DNA of 64,000 nt, taken from contig JACQCF010000027.1 in assembly GCA_016201795.1 (NCBI GenBank), positions 45,454-109,453 of the forward strand. Direction: 5' to 3'. Below, piece after piece: positions 61,485 through 64,000 of the stretch. The notes under the pieces were generated by a model. It was not told the origin of the DNA. It did not search any database and was given only the letters and a program-made list of their open reading frames with translations. Source of the stretch: Candidatus Omnitrophota bacterium. GTDB taxonomy: Bacteria; Omnitrophota; Gorgyraeia; Zapsychrales; Fredricksoniimonadaceae. Every line of letters starts with the position of its first letter. Position 1 is the stretch's first letter. The position numbers and the translations under genes were made by a program.

Positions 61485-62615
61485 TTATTTAATGTTTTTA
61501 ACCATTTCATTAACCACCGTACCCTGATGCGTGATCAATGCACCTTTGATGATTTCATCCTCGATATTGAGTTTGAATGTTTTACTGTCTTTATCCCAGT
61601 ATTCTTCAATGAGATTATGCAGATTTGCCGAATACATCTGAGAGGCATGTACCGCCACGCGGCCAGGTAAATTGTCTAAACCGATGATGCGTACGCCGTT
61701 GGCGGTGGTAACTTCTTCATTAACCTTGGAACCTTCCACATTGCCGCCGGATTCAACCGCCATATCCACGATGATGGTGCCGGGTTTCATTTGGGCGATT
61801 ATATCCTTAGTTAAGAGTACAGGGGCTTTGCGGCCGAATAGCTGGGCGGTGGTAATGACAACATCAGATTGCATACACACACGAGCCATGCCGTTTCTTT
61901 GTTTTTGCAATTGCTCTGGTGTTAATGATTTGGCATAGCCTTGAGTGGTTTGGCCGGTTTCTCCTAAATCAATCTCAACGAATTTGGCCCCCAGCGACTG
62001 CACCTGTTCTTTCACGACGGGGCGCGTATCAAAAGCCTCAACGCGAGCACCTAAACGTTTGGCGGTGGCAATGGCTTGCAAACCCGCCACACCAGCACCG
62101 ATAATAAACACGCGCGCCGGCTGAATAGTACCAGCGGGGGTCATGAGCAAGGGAAAAATTTTCGGTAAACGTTCGGCGGCTAAAATAACCGTCACATAGC
62201 CGGCTAAATTCGCTTGCGAGCTTAACGCATCCATTTTTTGGGCGCGGGTGGTACGCGGGATCATTTCCATGGAAATGACGCTGATATTGTTTTTAGCTAA
62301 TTCTGCAACGAGGGTTTTTTCATTAAAAGGATCCAGAAAGCTGATGTGAATGCATCCTTTTTTAAGTGGGGCAACTTCTTCGATGGGAGGTTTGCGCACA
62401 CGCAAAATCATATCGGCGTTTTTTAAAATGTTGGATCTAGAATCGATCGAGGCGCCGGTTTTTTGATATTCACTATCGAAGATACCAACACAGGCGCCAA
62501 GCCCGCTTTCCACTGTTACCTGCGCGCCTCCTTTAACCAGACGATCAACGGAAAGAGGGATCAGGGCACATCTTGTTTCACCGAGATAAATTTCTTTAAG
62601 GACACCAATGAGCAT
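61485..62615 (-). CDS. pntA1: NAD(P) transhydrogenase alpha subunit part 1 (soluble dI, AlaDH-like)
   Basis: NAD-binding IIGAGVAGLQA and an AlaDH/PNT N-terminal domain. 376 aa. Confidence 0.9.
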   Translation of the reverse strand: MLIGVLKEIYLGETRCALIPLSVDRLVKGGAQVTVESGLGACVGIFDSEYQKTGASIDSRSNILKNADMILRVRKPPIEEVAPLKKGCIHISFLDPFNEKTLVAELAKNNISVISMEMIPRTTRAQKMDALSSQANLAGYVTVILAAERLPKIFPLLMTPAGTIQPARVFIIGAGVAGLQAIATAKRLGARVEAFDTRPVVKEQVQSLGAKFVEIDLGETGQTTQGYAKSLTPEQLQKQRNGMARVCMQSDVVITTAQLFGRKAPVLLTKDIIAQMKPGTIIVDMAVESGGNVEGSKVNEEVTTANGVRIIGLDNLPGRVAVHASQMYSANLHNLIEEYWDKDSKTFKLNIEDEIIKGALITHQGTVVNEMVKNIK

Positions 62616-62763
62616 ACCGTTTTCCTTAAGGGTTGAATTTATACTAATTTTCTTTAATGTAACAAAACATCCTTAAGAGTCAAGCTTACTTTTAAGAACA
62701 TAATTATTCCCTACTTTTCTTTTTTGTGATAATGTTGAGGTCTTATGTCCACTCGTCCCCGAG

Positions 62764-62781
62764 TAAATTTAATTAAATTTA
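62764..62781. promoter_or_regulatory. Perfect 18-bp AT palindrome TAAATTTAATTAAATTTA, flanked by CCCGAG/CTCGGG repeats, upstream of bioB
   Basis: Read directly. Flanked by ACTCG-TCCC-CGAGT and CGAGGGACTCGGG mini-palindromes. Sits 60-75 nt upstream of the bioB ATG. Confidence 0.3.
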
Positions 62782-62839
62782 TTTGCGAGGGACTCGGGAC
62801 TATGGTGAGGAGATTGTAAATTTTTTGAGGCGACGAACC

Positions 62840-63937
62840 ATGGATCTCACATTTTATGATGAGTTAGCTAATAAGAGCATTGTCGGCGAGGAAATTGATG
62901 ATGCTACCTGCCAGAAAATTTTGGCGAATGACCACTTTGAGCTTTTGCCGCTGGTTAACGCCGCGTATCAAGTGCGCAAGCATTTTCGTGGCAGGGAAGT
63001 GGTGATTCATATCATCAACAATGCTCAAAACGGCCATTGTCCGGAAGACTGTCATTATTGCGCACAGGCTAAATCCTCTCAAGCCAATATCGAAGAATAC
63101 GGTTTAAAATCCGATGAGGAAATGGTTGAGGAAGCCCGTCAGGCCTATGCGAAAGGGGCTTACCGCTATTGCATGGTGTATGCCGGCCGTGGGGCCTCTG
63201 CCCAACGTATCGAACGCTTGTCAGGTTTAATCCGTAAAATTAAAGCGGAATATCCGAATCACGAAATTTGTATCTCCACAGGGCTTGTCACTGTGCAGGG
63301 TGCCATAGAGCTCAAAAGCGCGGGACTTGACCAGCTCAATCACAATTTAAATACGTCAGAGGCTTTTTATCCGAATATTTGTACCACACACACCTTTGCC
63401 GACCGGATCAATACTTTATTGGCTGCGCGATCGGCGGGAATACATTTATGTTCCGGTATGATTGTGGGCATGGGTGAGAGTCATCAGGATGTTATTGAGG
63501 TGGCTAAACGCCTGCGGTCTTTGAAAGCTGAATCTATACCGGTCAATTTTTTGGTGCCCATCGAAGGCAATCAATTATCCGTACCTCAGGGGCTAACACC
63601 GGAGTTTTGTTTAAGAGTTTTATGTTTGTTTCGTTTTTTAAACCCGCCAGCGGAAATACGTGTGGGAGCGGGGCGGGAAGGGCATTTACGCAGCATGGAA
63701 GTTCTGGCGTTGTATCCGGCCAGTTCTTTGTTTTTGCAGGGGTATTTGAACACCAAAGGTTCCTCGAATGCCAGGACTTTGCGCATGATCAAAGATGCTG
63801 GTTTTGAGATTAAATCAGATGTTCATTTGGATGATCTTTTGGCCTGCCAAAGCGAAGATATAGCGACAGCAGGATTTCATGAGGCCAAAGCGGTGGTGAA
63901 AGACCTTAAAGATTTACGTCCGGCATTGAAAGTATAG
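62840..63937 (+). CDS. bioB: Biotin synthase-like radical SAM enzyme
   Basis: NGHCPEDCHYCAQAKSS matches the BioB C-x-EDC-x-YC-xQ cluster motif. The ATG at 62840 follows GAGG. The track TTG start at 62783 is rejected. Confidence 0.7.
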   Translation: MDLTFYDELANKSIVGEEIDDATCQKILANDHFELLPLVNAAYQVRKHFRGREVVIHIINNAQNGHCPEDCHYCAQAKSSQANIEEYGLKSDEEMVEEARQAYAKGAYRYCMVYAGRGASAQRIERLSGLIRKIKAEYPNHEICISTGLVTVQGAIELKSAGLDQLNHNLNTSEAFYPNICTTHTFADRINTLLAARSAGIHLCSGMIVGMGESHQDVIEVAKRLRSLKAESIPVNFLVPIEGNQLSVPQGLTPEFCLRVLCLFRFLNPPAEIRVGAGREGHLRSMEVLALYPASSLFLQGYLNTKGSSNARTLRMIKDAGFEIKSDVHLDDLLACQSEDIATAGFHEAKAVVKDLKDLRPALKV

Positions 63938-64000
63938 ATTTTTATTGCCAAAATCCTCGGCGGTGTTATAGTAAATAAACTTTCCGCAATTTTTAATCTA

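Overview
This window is a gene-dense (~90% coding) stretch of bacterial chromosome, mostly + strand housekeeping genes, most likely from an uncultivated moderate-GC lineage. I do not attempt a taxon call. Most genes are recognisable housekeeping: queA-tgt-trmD-rplS-rnhB, rsfS-argS-recJ, rpmB, pepF, gpmI-arfB-moaC, thyA-folA, a complete IscR-like-sufBCDSU operon with Nfu, moaA/moaE, murB, ispH/ispG, tRNA-Pro(GGG), an aspartate-family operon (hom-thrC-coaB-apgM-like-lysC-cimA), valS, nadC, a CoxMSL/Xdh-type molybdoenzyme cluster with MocA and XdhC, pntAB and bioB. The stand-out region is 6484-10228, a 3.4 kb, tightly translationally coupled five-gene operon wedged into the usually conserved rnhB-yraN junction. 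It encodes a type IV prepilin whose C-terminus is a phage tail-collar (T4 gp12/MdpB-like) domain, followed by three secreted proteins that resemble F-type T4SS periplasmic pilus-assembly proteins. The first is a TraU homologue (several motif matches). The second is a short TraF N-terminal-like protein without the thioredoxin domain. The third is a possible TraH-like protein. It ends with the YraN PD-(D/E)xK nuclease. There is no VirB4/VirD4 ATPase, relaxase, integrase or other core T4SS gene, so this looks like a domesticated, chimeric pilus/adhesin module rather than a conjugative element. Secondary observations are: a pair of ArnE/ArnF-like half-size DMT transporters plus a PF04339 FemAB-like acyltransferase; an ApgM-type phosphoglycerate-mutase paralogue embedded in the threonine operon (the proposed non-orthologous homoserine kinase) beside a stand-alone CoaB; a two-copy hairpin repeat family after lemA and cimA; a long imperfect hairpin between thyA and folA; homopurine/homopyrimidine hairpins between the two pntA genes; and several operator-like palindromes. 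All protein calls rest on motifs recognised by eye and recalled family knowledge. No database searches were run.
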